Of a stretch of DNA of 64,000 nt, positions 21,900 to 32,750 are shown in pieces. Numbering within the stretch: position 1 is the stretch's first letter; the number at the start of each line of letters is the position of its first letter. The stretch spans positions 31,496,001 to 31,560,000 of the forward strand of contig NC_073393.1 of the NCBI RefSeq assembly GCF_028641065.1, written 5' to 3'. Under the pieces are notes generated by a model. That model did not search any database and had not been told where the DNA came from. It saw nothing but the letters and a program-made list of their open reading frames with translations. Position numbers and translations under genes: made by a program. The stretch is from Leucoraja erinacea (Eukaryota).

Positions 21900-22589
21900 G
21901 AAGAAAGAAGCTTCATTTCCATCAACGACTAACAGTATTGGTATTTGAATTAGATGAGCACAAATTACAAATATTCCATTATTACAATGGTTTTGTGTGG
22001 AATAGCGAAATATTTAAGTTTGCTGGCGTGTGTCCAATCAACAATGCTGTAATGAGAAGTTTGTCCTCTTGAATGAAACCGGTCCACAAGGAATAAATAT
22101 TCCCACCCTCGAGGTTTCCTGGCAATGCAAATCGCTTCCCCGGAGAGACATCTGGAGGTTATGCCTTGCTCATTGCTTCTCCGCTGCCTGCAATCCCTGT
22201 GCCTGCCATCTTCTGCAACTGTTACTGTGCGATCTTTGGGGATGAAAGTCAGGGCCCTGCCAGTTATTAACTATCTGGAATTTTGCCAGGAAACATCGAC
22301 AGTTCTGCACATCCCGTTAAGTCTTTTCCTGTGTAAGTACTGCAATGCCTGCGTACGTCTAAATGAACATAGAAGTCTTGAACTCTTCTGTAGCCTACTC
22401 TGGGTAGTTTCCTGATTGTTTTCCATTGCTGGAGTTCTTGTGGGGTTCAGCATTAGTGAGTAGGGCTACTTATGGAATACATGCTGGAACTCCTGATGAA
22501 TGATATGCTGATATGTGTCTGCAGCCTGCAATCTGCGTAATCGCAAACTCATTTTCACGCTTTATGCTCTTGCCCCCATGAGTACCATC

Positions 22590-22731
22590 ATCTCCCCTTC
22601 CCCATTCCCCTCTCTCTCCCTCCTCTCTCCACCCTCTCTCCTCTCCCTCTCCCTCCCTCTCCCTCTCCCTCTCCCTCTCCCTCTCCCTCTCCCTCTCTCC
22701 TCTCCTCTCTCCCTCTCCCCCCCCCCCTCCC
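22590..22731. repeat. (CT)-rich / (CTCCCT)n microsatellite abutting a gap
   Basis: Polypyrimidine simple repeat. Confidence 0.9.
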
Positions 22732-22872
22732 NNNNNNNNNNNNNNNNNNNNNNNNNNNNNNNNNNNNNNNNNNNNNNNNNNNNNNNNNNNNNNNNNNNNN
22801 NNNNNNNNNNNNNNNNNNNNNNNNNNNNNNNNNNNNNNNNNNNNNNNNNNNNNNNNNNNNNNNNNNNNNNNN
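22732..22872. other. Assembly gap (N run)
   Basis: 141 N. Confidence 0.98.
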
Positions 22873-23370
22873 CCCCCCCCCTCTCGTCATTAACTCAAGC
22901 TCTGTATTGCAGGCACCATTCACGTGAATCATTTCTGTACCCTTTGTAGATTAATCACATCCTTCCTATTGCATGGCGACCAGATCTACACAAAATACCG
23001 TAAGTGGTGCAGAGCCGGTGATCTGTACAACTGTAACATGATTGCGATGAAGACACACAAAACTGCAAATACTGGAATCTTGATAAAAATAGGGTTGGGT
23101 AGGACTAGTGTAAATATACATGTTTGATGATCGACGTGGACTCAGCAATCATTTATTGAAAATACTAAATACCTTTATTGAAAATACTAATGTATCTATG
23201 ACCATGGTAAGCTGCCACTCATCCTCATCTTTTGATGTTTAACCGTCATCACCCTCCTCCCATACTCGCCTCCATCATTTTACTTGTTTGCATTAAGCCT
23301 GTTTTTGTTGATCAACCTGTAGCCTGAGAATCAATGTAATAGCATTTCTACTCTGTGTTCCCTCTTACAT

Positions 23371-24319
23371 TAGTTGGTGGCAGCGCCTAACGGCAGCGGC
23401 TCGACTACAGTCGTCCGTCTTTTTTTTAAATTTTTGTCTTGTTAAATGTATGTTTTGAGCTTAGTTTTTATTATTTTTTAGCTGTGTATATGTGGGGGGT
23501 GGAGGGGGGGGGGTGTGGGGGAAACCGTTAGTCTCTTCCCTGTACGAGGACCCGACTTTTTCCCTGTCAGGTCTCCGGTGTGGTTGGGCCTAACATCGTG
23601 GAGCCGGCGGCGGCCTCCGGCCGGGACCAACCTGAGGGCTCCATTCGCAGAGCCTGCGGACCTGACATCGCGGAGCTGGCCGTCTTCAGAGCAGGGAGAG
23701 CTGTGGTGGTGCGCGGCTGCGACCCGACTTTGGAGCTTCGGAAGCTCCGACTGCAGGCCTGGTGAACAGGAACATTGGGAGCTCCAGGTCCCTGGGGGGA
23801 GACGGCTTTTCGGAGCACACGCAACGGTAGCTTCTCCCGCTGGAATCATGGGGTTGAAAGGACACGGAGCGTGGCCTAACAACGCCCGGTGCGGGTTAGT
23901 GGCCACGGGGACTTACCATCGTCACCGGGGGCTCTAACATCGGAGCCCCAGTTCGCCAAGACGCTGCAGTTGGACTGCTGGACCGCTGGTTGGTCTGCTT
24001 GAACTGCGGGGTTTAAAGTATACGGAGCGGGGGCCTAACATCGCCCGGCGTGGCTAAATGGCCACAGGACTTACCATCGTCCGCCGGGGGCTTTAACATC
24101 GGAGCCCCAGTTCGCCTCGACGCTGCAGTTGGACTGCAGGTGAAGAATAAAGGGAAGAGAGAAGACTTTGCCTTCCATCACAGTGAGGAGGTGTTGGAGA
24201 TTCACTGTGATGGACGTTGGTGTAAACTGTGTTACGTGTGGGTCTTGGGGTTTTTTTGTAATGTAAAAAACTGTAGTAAATGTAATTTCGTTCAAACCTA
24301 AATAGCATTCCATTCCATT
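23371..24319 (+). mobile_element. GC-rich non-autonomous retroposon with Rex1-like tail
   Basis: Head GGTGGCAGCGCC..CGGC, T-rich tract, G-run, CpG-rich body with a ~115-bp internal duplication (23864-23978 / 24022-24137), 13-bp hairpin, AATTTCGTTC and (CATTC)n tail; same layout as 51345-52232. Confidence 0.7.
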
Positions 24320-24894
24320 GTAAGGAATTTATATTTGATGAGCAGAAATTTCCTCCAGTTGAATAATATGAAGACTGGAACCATTTCTCCCATCACCAAA
24401 CTTTGGCCTGGTTGCTGAAATCATCTCTGCTTCCCCCCACCATCCCTTCACCAACTATCTGATGCTGAACCAGGCTGTCTATGGCTCAGTGCTGTGACTG
24501 ACTCAAATAATTATCCAAACACAAATCACAATCACCGATTTCCACCACATCACGTCAGCAAACTTCTGCTTTGTTATATTTGGATGGACTATGCCAATTC
24601 TGTGCCCTCCCCACCACTGTACAAAATTTCACCAATTGCATTAAATCACATTCCCATCCGCGACTTCAAGTGCTCACTGACTTACATGGGCTTCAGATCC
24701 AGTCATGCCACAATTTTAAAAATCTGCCCTTTGCTTTCTATAGCTCTAAGTCTTCTTTGCTTCCTATTTTGATTACATTCTTTGCCCTGCAAATCGTTAA
24801 TTCGTCTAAGTACTCCAAGCACTTCCCAAATGTTATTAATTCCTTTACTTTTCGCCATGCCCTCAGCTAAAGGATAAGCGACAACACATGCTCC

Positions 24895-25216
24895 ACAATA
24901 ATTCTCAGCACTGTTGCCTGCAAGGATGTTTTCTCAGACCGCAACTATGCTCCCTATAGACTCATGACTGTGCGAGCAAATTCTGTTCTACCACCATCAA
25001 CATGTTTACAGATGAGACCACCGTGTCAAGCTGGCTCTGAAACAATGACGAGACGAATTACAGGAAGAGACAGAGAGCTTAGTAACAGTGTCTGGACGTC
25101 AGCCTCTGCCTCGATGTTAGCAAGATGAAGGAGCAAGATATTGACTTCAGGAAGCATGGTGGTGCATATGCCCCAATCAGTATCAAGTGGAAATGGTTGA
25201 GAGCTTCAAGTTGCTG
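24895..25216 (+). mobile_element. Degraded Rex1/Babar RT fragment
   Basis: Remnants of QG.VLS...THDC...F.D.TT...K.KE..IDFRK...VESFK. Confidence 0.7.
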
Positions 25217-25714
25217 TTGAGTTTCCTGGAAAAAGGTTGCAAACCTGTCCGCAAACAAGTGTATAAATACACTGGTAGATTATCACGCAAAAATAAACAT
25301 GACATTAGACTTGACATTAAATCAAGACTTCTGTGGATCCTGGCAGGAGTAGACTTAATTTAGCACAGTTGCAGGGAGAGAAAATGCAGAGAACACCAAG
25401 GTTTTCCAAGAGAGAGGGTGGGGGAGGTACCAAGAGGGAGAAGGCATGTACAATAGAACAAGGTCAGGAGAAATTTCATGACACTTGACCACTGCACCAT
25501 GAGAAGTACTCATACATAATACAAACAGTCATGAACGTGAGCAAACACACATATCTCGCCATTGCTTCATCTCTATGTTCACCTAAACAGTTAACCTCCT
25601 GCAACACCCTCATATGGATTGAGCCAATAAACAGGTAATACAATTATTTGCTTCTTACGCACAACCCGAGGCCTGTCCTCATTTAGGATGAGAAGGGAGA
25701 ACTGTCCAGATACC

Positions 25715-26029
25715 TTTAGTTTAGTTTAGAGATATAGTGCAGAAACAGGCCCTTCGGCCCACTGAGTCTGTACCGACCAGCAATCCCTGCACATTAACAC
25801 CATCCTACACACACTGGGGACAATTTACACTTACACCAAGCTGATTAACCTAAAACCTGTACATCTTTAGAGTGTTGGAGGAAACCGAAGATCTCGGATA
25901 AAACCCATGCAGGTCATGGGAGAAGGTACAAACTCCATACAGAGCACCTGTAGTCGGGATAGAACCCGGGTCTCTGGCGCTGCAAGCACGGTCAGGCAGC
26001 AACTCTACCGCTGCGCTACCATGCTGCCC
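25715..26029 (-). mobile_element. V-SINE
   Basis: Full tripartite structure; CCGAAGATCTCGG subtype. Confidence 0.9.
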
Positions 26030-26276
26030 TGGAATGGTCAAAGGGCCGACTAAACTAACAAATAAATCAATAGCTTTGCGCTTAAATTCTTGAGGAAAAA
26101 AAAACACAGCAAAGAAGACTTTGGGATGTGTGAAAGTAGTTCACAGTGAAATTCAAAGCTGCCTTGTGAGGTATCCTTTAATGAGTGGCATGGCCCTATG
26201 TAGGATTGAATTAAAGAACTCTTCATATTGACAAACCAGAGTTGTTTTCTGGATCTGAAAGCTCCATCTTCTTCAT

Positions 26277-26408
26277 TCTGAAGAAGGGTCTCGAGCCGAA
26301 ACTTCACTAATTCATGTTCTGCAGGAATGTTGCTTGATCCACTGGGTTAATCCAGTGCATTATGTCCTTTTTTATAAACCAGAATCTGCAGTTCCTTGTG
26401 TTTCCAAC
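26277..26408 (+). mobile_element. Penelope-like pLTR remnant with hammerhead core
   Basis: TCTGAAGAAGGGTCTCGAGCCGAAACTTCAC...ATCTGCAGTTCCTT. Confidence 0.75.
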
Positions 26409-26504
26409 ATGTTGGGCCGATTAAAGCAGGTGTTGCATAAGTGATGTCTGCAGATTTTTCTTTGATGTGAGGAAAAGGTTGGATACAAAAGCATGAATCC
26501 AGCT

Positions 26505-26665
26505 GGAAATGGAAGATCAAATTCAAGAAGAGCTTCCACACAACAACCACCAGACAGACATTATGCAACACTGACTAATGAACTATGGACTGCCTTTGGT
26601 TGCACTGAAGACTTTGGACTATTTTAGCACTTTTATTGGGGTTACAAATGCATTGAATTTTGTAC
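26505..26665 (+). mobile_element. Old Rex1-type 3' fragment
   Basis: TTCAAGAAGAGCTTC...GAACTATGGACT...GGTTGCACT; homologous to the minus strand of 42700-42930. Confidence 0.5.
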
Positions 26666-26695
26666 ATTGGGTCACGTGTGTATTAGACTTTACTT

Positions 26696-26896
26696 CAGTT
26701 GAAACTTTACAGATACAGCGCAGAAACAGGTCCTTCGGCTCACCGGATCTGGGAGGAAACCGGAGCTCCCAGAGAAAACCCACTCCATCACAGGAAGAAA
26801 GTACAATCTCTGTGCAGACAGCACCCGTAGTCAGGATCGAACCCAGGACTCTGGCGTTGTAAGGCACCAACTCTACTGCTGCGCCACTGTGCCACC
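26696..26896 (-). mobile_element. V-SINE with internal deletion
   Basis: Tail joined directly to the V-domain (CACCGGATC|TGGGAGGAAAC); head intact. Confidence 0.85.
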
Positions 26897-27487
26897 CCGC
26901 TTTATTATTCATCCTCTAGTCAAGTTTTTAAAACTTGAGAACTCACCAGTACACAGAGAAGATACTTCACTTCCATGCCCTTTGTTAATATTTACTTTAG
27001 CTCTCCCTGAAATAATAGAAGCATTCATTTAATTTCTGTCCCTCCCACGCTTAGAAGTTGCAGGGCAGTCCTATGACTGATGTCATCTAAGCCCTTGGCA
27101 AATGGCTCCATTTAATCACCAGGGATCGGCCTACTTATCAGATTTGCTAAAGGGTCACTTGTTAGGAATTGACATCATTCATTTCAGTTCAAGAATGTAA
27201 ACTATTTTAATGAACTTGGCTCCTAAATATAAACACAGCGTTATATGCTCAAATAAGTCTCTGATTTGCTCGTCTCTTTCTGATGATCAATTCATTCCTG
27301 TTGTACTTTGTTGTGACTGCCGTAAGCTATATATGGTCTTTGTTTTGCCAGTCAAGATGCAGCTTTCTGAAGACCCTCTTATTACATTAGAGGGCTGTTC
27401 AGGCGACAATCACAGATCTCTCTCTCCACTTACTGCCATTGAAATAATGGGTCTAAGGCTTTAAATAAGGCTTTTGTATTGCAGTAA

Positions 27488-28187
27488 AGCTTCAAGTTCC
27501 TGGGAATAAATATCATCAGCAATTGTTCTGGAACAGCCACATCAAAGCTATGGCCAAGTAAGCACATCGATGCCTCTATATCCTTAGAAAGCTTAGGGAG
27601 TTCGGCATGTCTCCAGCAACCCTCACCAACCTATACGGATGTGCTGTAGAAACCATCTTATCGGGATACATCACAGCCTGGTTATGGAACAGCTCCAGCC
27701 AAAGCCATAAGAAATTGCAGAGAGTTGTGGACATAGCCCAGACCATCACACAAACCAACCTCCCTTCCATCTACTCCATCTGCACCAAGCAGCCTCGGTA
27801 AGGTCACCAGCGTAATCAAGGACTGGTCTCTCTCCTGTCACACCATCTTCTCATCTTTCCCATCAGGTAGGAGACGCAGAAGTTTGAAAACACTTACCAC
27901 CACATTCAGGAACAGTTTCTTCCCAGTTGTTATCAGTCAACTGAATGGTCCTTTCGTCAGCTAGAGTGTGGTCCTGACCTCCCATCTACATCATTGGAGC
28001 TTTGAACTTTCTTTAATCAGGCATTACTGGATGCCAATGTTATATCTTTGCACTAAATGTTGCATTTTATCCTTTATCTTTACACTGCAGATGGCTTGAT
28101 TGTATTCATGTATAGGCTTTTATTTGACTGGATGGCATGCAAACTGTATCTTGGTATACGTGATAATAATAATAAACTAAACTAAAC
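27488..28187 (+). mobile_element. Rex1/Babar 3' portion
   Basis: SFKFLGINI...LRKLREFGMSPATLTNLYGCAVETILSGYITAW...LQRVV; AATAAACTAAAC tail. Confidence 0.88.
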
Positions 28188-29017
28188 AATGCCTTATTGC
28201 GAGCTGTATGAGGTTCTACCAGTTTATGTTGTGGCTGCCTTGCTTGAGCCTGTATACTTTCATCAATTTGATTAAATGTACAGACTCCAACACCTTGGTC
28301 AGGTAGGTAGATAACAGAAAGCATTGACATGCTAAATTAAAGCTCCCTAAAGAAACTACAAATTGTTCTCGGCTGCACGCCCACGACGGGTCTGCCCATT
28401 GTTCTTGGCGATTGTTCATTTGGAAAGACAGAGGTTGCTTTTAGTCCTGGAACAATGACATTTGATGCTCATGCAAGAATTGGTTTGTGGGCAGGGGAAG
28501 CCTATTGTTCAGATACAGAATCCTGATGGATCCCATTTCTGAATTACTCCAGCATTTAGTGTGTAAGCAGCATTTTTAAATTGGTATACACAATTCAAAC
28601 AGTTCAGGCTACATCTGCAGTTCATTTTATATTATAGTAATCATTTATGTGAATATCATCCTATTTAGGTTTGGTTAGAGAGACCATTGAGCCTCAATAG
28701 AAATGACTAGCACATGCCAGTAATCTGTAAGATCAACAGATCAAAGCCCCAGAAGGAATCTCAGTGAAGAGTGGGATGGGCTGCACTCAAAGGGGTAAAG
28801 ACCCTTCATGGAAATGCAAATGTTGCTTTCTGGTCCAGTTGCAGTTCCTTCCTAGATAAGGACAAAAAATTCCAGTGAAAATGAAGGAGTAACAGTGGAC
28901 CACACAGTTTTTAGAACCCAACAAAAATTCCAGTATTTACTGGAGGCATGGGAATGAGCTGGAGAACCAACAGAATCTAAACAAGTAAACACTGGAGGGC
29001 ATGTCAAATACTAGAGA

Positions 29018-29522
29018 TAGATCAGATTGGGGAAAGTTTAAAGGGGACAAGCTTTTTATATAGTCTGTGTGGAAGGTGCCTGGAATGCATTACCAGGGAT
29101 GTCGTGGAAGCAAATGTGAAAGTGGTGTTAAAATATATTTAGATAGACACAAAATGCTGGAGTAACTCAGCGGGTCAGGCAGCATCTCTGGAGAAAAGGA
29201 ATGTGTGATGTTTCAGGTTGACACACTTCTTTAGACGTCTGAAGCAGGGTCATGAACCAAAACGTTACCCATTCCTTTTCCCCAGAGATGCTGCCTGACC
29301 CGGTGGATTACGGCAGCATCTTGTGTCCATCTTTGATTCAAACCAGCATCTGCAGTTCCTTCCTACATACTTAAAATCCCTTTAGATAGGCACATGGTTA
29401 TGCAGAAATGGTGCAATATGGATCATGCACAGGCAGAAGGGATTAGTTTAAATTGACATCATGTTCAGTACAACCAACGTGGGCAAGAAGAACTTGTTGT
29501 ACTGTGCTGTACTGTATAGTCT
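29018..29522 (+). mobile_element. Old CR1 3' end interrupted by a Penelope palindrome
   Basis: GTGCCTGGAATGCATT...GTGGAAGCA / TTTAGATAGGCACATG...TGTGCTGTACTGT. Confidence 0.7.
29141..29367. mobile_element. Palindromic Penelope-like unit (inverted pLTR pair)
   Basis: Arms of about 96 bp (29141-29236 / 29237-29332) centred on AGAC|GTCT, plus a 3' extension. Confidence 0.8.
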
Positions 29523-29629
29523 AAGGCTCCATATTAGTGAAGGTGATCCATATAGAGGCACAGATTGTCTTTGTCGCTCATGGAGTGATCACAAAGATAG
29601 TCTATAGGCCACAGAGAAGGTCACCAGCA

Positions 29630-30000
29630 GATGTCAGGACTTTTATGAGAAAGACTGGAAGGAGTACTCGTGGAAGATAATCTTATAGAAACTTACAAAA
29701 TTCTTAAGGGGTTGCAGGCTAGATGCAGGAAGATTGTTCCCGATGTTGCTTTCTGGGGGGGGAAATCTTTTAGGACCGATCAAAAACCACACAGAGCATG
29801 GTGAATCTCTGGAATTCTCTGCCGCAGAAGGTACTTGAGGCCAGTTCATTGGCTATATTTAAGAGGGAGTTAGATGTGGCCCTTGTGGCTAAAGGGATCA
29901 GGGGGTATGGAGAGAAGGCAGGAACTTAATCACAGTTATTGATGGCGGTGCAGGCTCGAAGGGCCGAGACTCCTGCACCTATTTTCTATATGTTTCTATA
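29630..30000 (+). mobile_element. CR1 3' end with many small deletions
   Basis: Blocks near-identical to the reverse complement of 61893-62365, separated by short deletions. Confidence 0.85.
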
Positions 30001-30190
30001 GTGCGGCTGGGGGTCAAAAGCCTCAGAGCATGTTCAACATCTGAATCCACGGTTGGACAAGAAAATATATAATAGGGAAAAGCCCAGGTTCAAGTGACAG
30101 TTCATGTGTAGTTAGGTACCTTGATGATATGAAGGAACTGGCATCCCAAGACAATACCTCAGAAAAGTGAATTGGAGCAACATGTTTATA

Positions 30191-30345
30191 CTAGACTAAG
30201 TAGGACCCGTTGGGTCCCATGTTCACACGGGAGGGCTGGTCCCCCAACGCATTATTCCACCTCTCTACCAATTCCAATATTGGTGGCCAGTGCGAGAGGG
30301 GGGGCTTTCTGGGTGTTAGTATGGGTTCAATGTTAGTATGGGTTC
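30191..30345 (-). mobile_element. Helitron-like 3' terminus
   Basis: Minus strand ends ...GGGACCCAACGGGTCC-TACTTAGT-CTAG|T: a GC hairpin about 8 nt before the terminal CTAG, followed by T. Confidence 0.6.
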
Positions 30346-30904
30346 TTTCCCTTTCTTCCTTTTTCCTTTTTTTCTGATTTAGTTATTAGTTTATAAAATG
30401 TTAAAATTGAAGTAGTATGAAAATTGTATAATTGTTAAGTTGATTACTTTCTCCTTGTACAATTGCTTCTAATATAATAAATATTAAAAAAAATATTGAC
30501 AACTTTGTTCCAAGTAAAACACACTGGAACACCATTATACAATATTAGCAAAACATTACACAGCCAAAGAAACTTAAACACAGTTAAACTGTCTCGTAAT
30601 TGCCACATTAGGTCATCCACTCTCACCCTTTTATAGAAATTGTCTTTGTTCCACCCCTCCCTCTCCACTACCTTCTCTGCTAAATAAACATTTTTATTTG
30701 GAGACACATGGGACTGCAGATGTTGTATTCTGGAACAATAGACATTCATTTTAAAGTTCAGTTTTGAAGAATAAATTTCAACCAGGTACTGGGAGATGAG
30801 GAAGATGCTGGAAAAATAATAAATATTATTAATGGAAAGAGAAAGAACACCTTCCTGCTCCTCAGAATGTTGACTCTATATAATATTACTGTTATAATCA
30901 CAGT

Positions 30905-31097
30905 AATAGAGTCATACAGTGTGGAAACAGGCCCTTTGGTCCAACTTGCCCACGTCGACCAACATGCCCCATCTATACTCGTCTCACCTGCCTGCTTTTG
31001 GCCCCTATCCCCCGAAACCTGCCTTATCCATGTCCTTGTCTAAATGTTTCTTAAACATTGCAATCGTACCTGCCTCAACTACCTCCTCCAGCAGCTT
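30905..31097 (-). mobile_element. CR1 3' end of the subfamily sharing its tail with the V-SINE
   Basis: CATACAGTGTGGAAACAGGCCCTTTGGTCC matches the SINE tail; the CR1 ORF2 end follows. Confidence 0.8.
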
Positions 31098-31741
31098 GGA
31101 GATTGTAGGTTAGGATTTGACATGACTCAGGCTCAGCTCAATGTATTTTCTAGTATGAACACATTGCTTTTAATTTAAACATGACAACAAGCCATTTCTT
31201 ATCCATGCAGTTTTAATATGTAATATCTAGGTGGTTTACTGAATCTAATCCACTTGTATTTTAGACACAATATGAACATTTAATTTTCCTTAAGGAAACC
31301 TTAAGGAAAATTAACAGCAGTTAAGGTAACCTTTCTGATGATCAATACTATGTCTGATTTGCAATGCCATTTAAAATGGGCAACATTAAATGTCGGTGAG
31401 GTCCCTGTCAAAATGGAAGCCAAATAAATATCCTAATTGTTTATAAATATTACAGCTCTTGCTCATTGATGCAAAGCAAGCAAGCAACAAATCAGGATCG
31501 GGCAGTGGTATTGTGCAGGTTACAAGAAGAGATAATCATTTTCCTCTACACATGTGTGATTGCCTGTGGAACGACATGCCTTAAATGTCAACTGTCCACT
31601 TGTCTTCATGGTGTATGCCATCTTACCACCAGATGGCACTTCACTGCTACTGAAAACCTAAATGTTAATGTTCAGCAAATCGTATTTTTTCATTGAATTT
31701 ACATTCTCATCGTTAGTGCACTTTGTCTTTTTCCCTACCAA

Positions 31742-31818
31742 GTCCAGGTTCAAGTTCAAGTTTGTGTTTATTGTCACTTAACCAACTAAGGTACTGTGAA
31801 ATTTGAGTTATCATGCAG
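31742..31818 (-). mobile_element. Rex1-type 3' tail fragment
   Basis: (GTTCAA)n TTTATTGTCAC...AAGGTACTGTGAAATT. Confidence 0.6.
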
Positions 31819-32425
31819 TAGGTATGTTGCAAAGCCTACCTGAAGCGTCGCTGAAAATCTGTCCCAGCCCGAGTGCGCGATTTTGGCGCCGTTTAGAGGG
31901 GGGCGGGTTTAAAACGCGATTTCCCCTAGGCTGTTCAAATCGAGGATGTTCAGCCTAGTTAATTATTAACGAAAAATCGCTGGAAGATTCCGTTGCTTTA
32001 GCTATTATTACTTTTAAGGGCTTTATCTAGTTGTTATAGTAGTTTAAAAATTAACCTTAAACCCCCGACCGCCGGCAACCGGCCGGATCTCATACAGGGG
32101 ACAACAGAAGGTAGGCTGTTTATTTTTACATTAAAAAGGGCTTCTTAAGTTCCCTTTATACAAAGTTTAATGTTGCAAGTAGCTCATTTTGGCCCCATTA
32201 TATCCCGCAGTATTTTTCTGGACATTTGAGGGCACAAATCCACCGCAATGTGAACGTTCTAAACCAGCGCGTTCCCAGGAACCCACTAGAAAGCTGATTT
32301 AAATTGACTTTAATTTACAGCAATTGAACACTAAATTCCTTCCAGTTGGCCTATAAATTAATGTCAATGAGATTTAAAAATCATGTTTTATTGTGAATTA
32401 TTTGTGAATATTATTTGGACATGTA
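31819..32425. mobile_element. Unclassified CpG-rich interspersed element, probably a DNA-transposon end
   Basis: Sharp start TAGGTATGTTGCAAAGCCTACCT, retained CpGs, no ORF; second TIR not found. Confidence 0.35.
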
Positions 32426-32454
32426 AGAGGCTTTTGTGAGGACTTTTCCCAGAT

Positions 32455-32615
32455 CTGGTAGTGGAAGCAGGTAGGGAGACTGACAAACACCTCTGGGAGT
32501 TAACCCATTATAGGAAAGATGCTGAAGCTTTGGAGAGGGTACAGAAGGAGTTTACCAGGATGCTGTCTAAATTAGAGGGTATTAACCAGAAGGAGAGGTT
32601 AAACAAACTTGGATT
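32455..32615 (+). mobile_element. MITE internal fragment fused to a CR1 RT-end fragment
   Basis: GGTAGTGGAAGCAGGTAGGGAGACTGACAAA (as in 53619-53845), then HYRKDAEALERVQKEFTRML. Confidence 0.7.
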
Positions 32616-32750
32616 ATTGACCAAACAAGGCCTGTTCTTGAGCTATACTATTCTATGTTCCACAGGGAAATTCATTAGATTCTGAATGTCTTAATGAGCT
32701 CCTAGCTTGGAGCTAAATCTTATCTCCAATGACTTTAGACTTTAAACCTC

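Noticed and set aside
22515-22949. ORFs crossing the first N run
   Set aside because: Artefacts of the gap and the CT microsatellite.
23478-23937. Overlapping 140-aa ORFs on both strands
   Set aside because: Expected stop-codon scarcity in a GC-rich repeat body; no domain signal.
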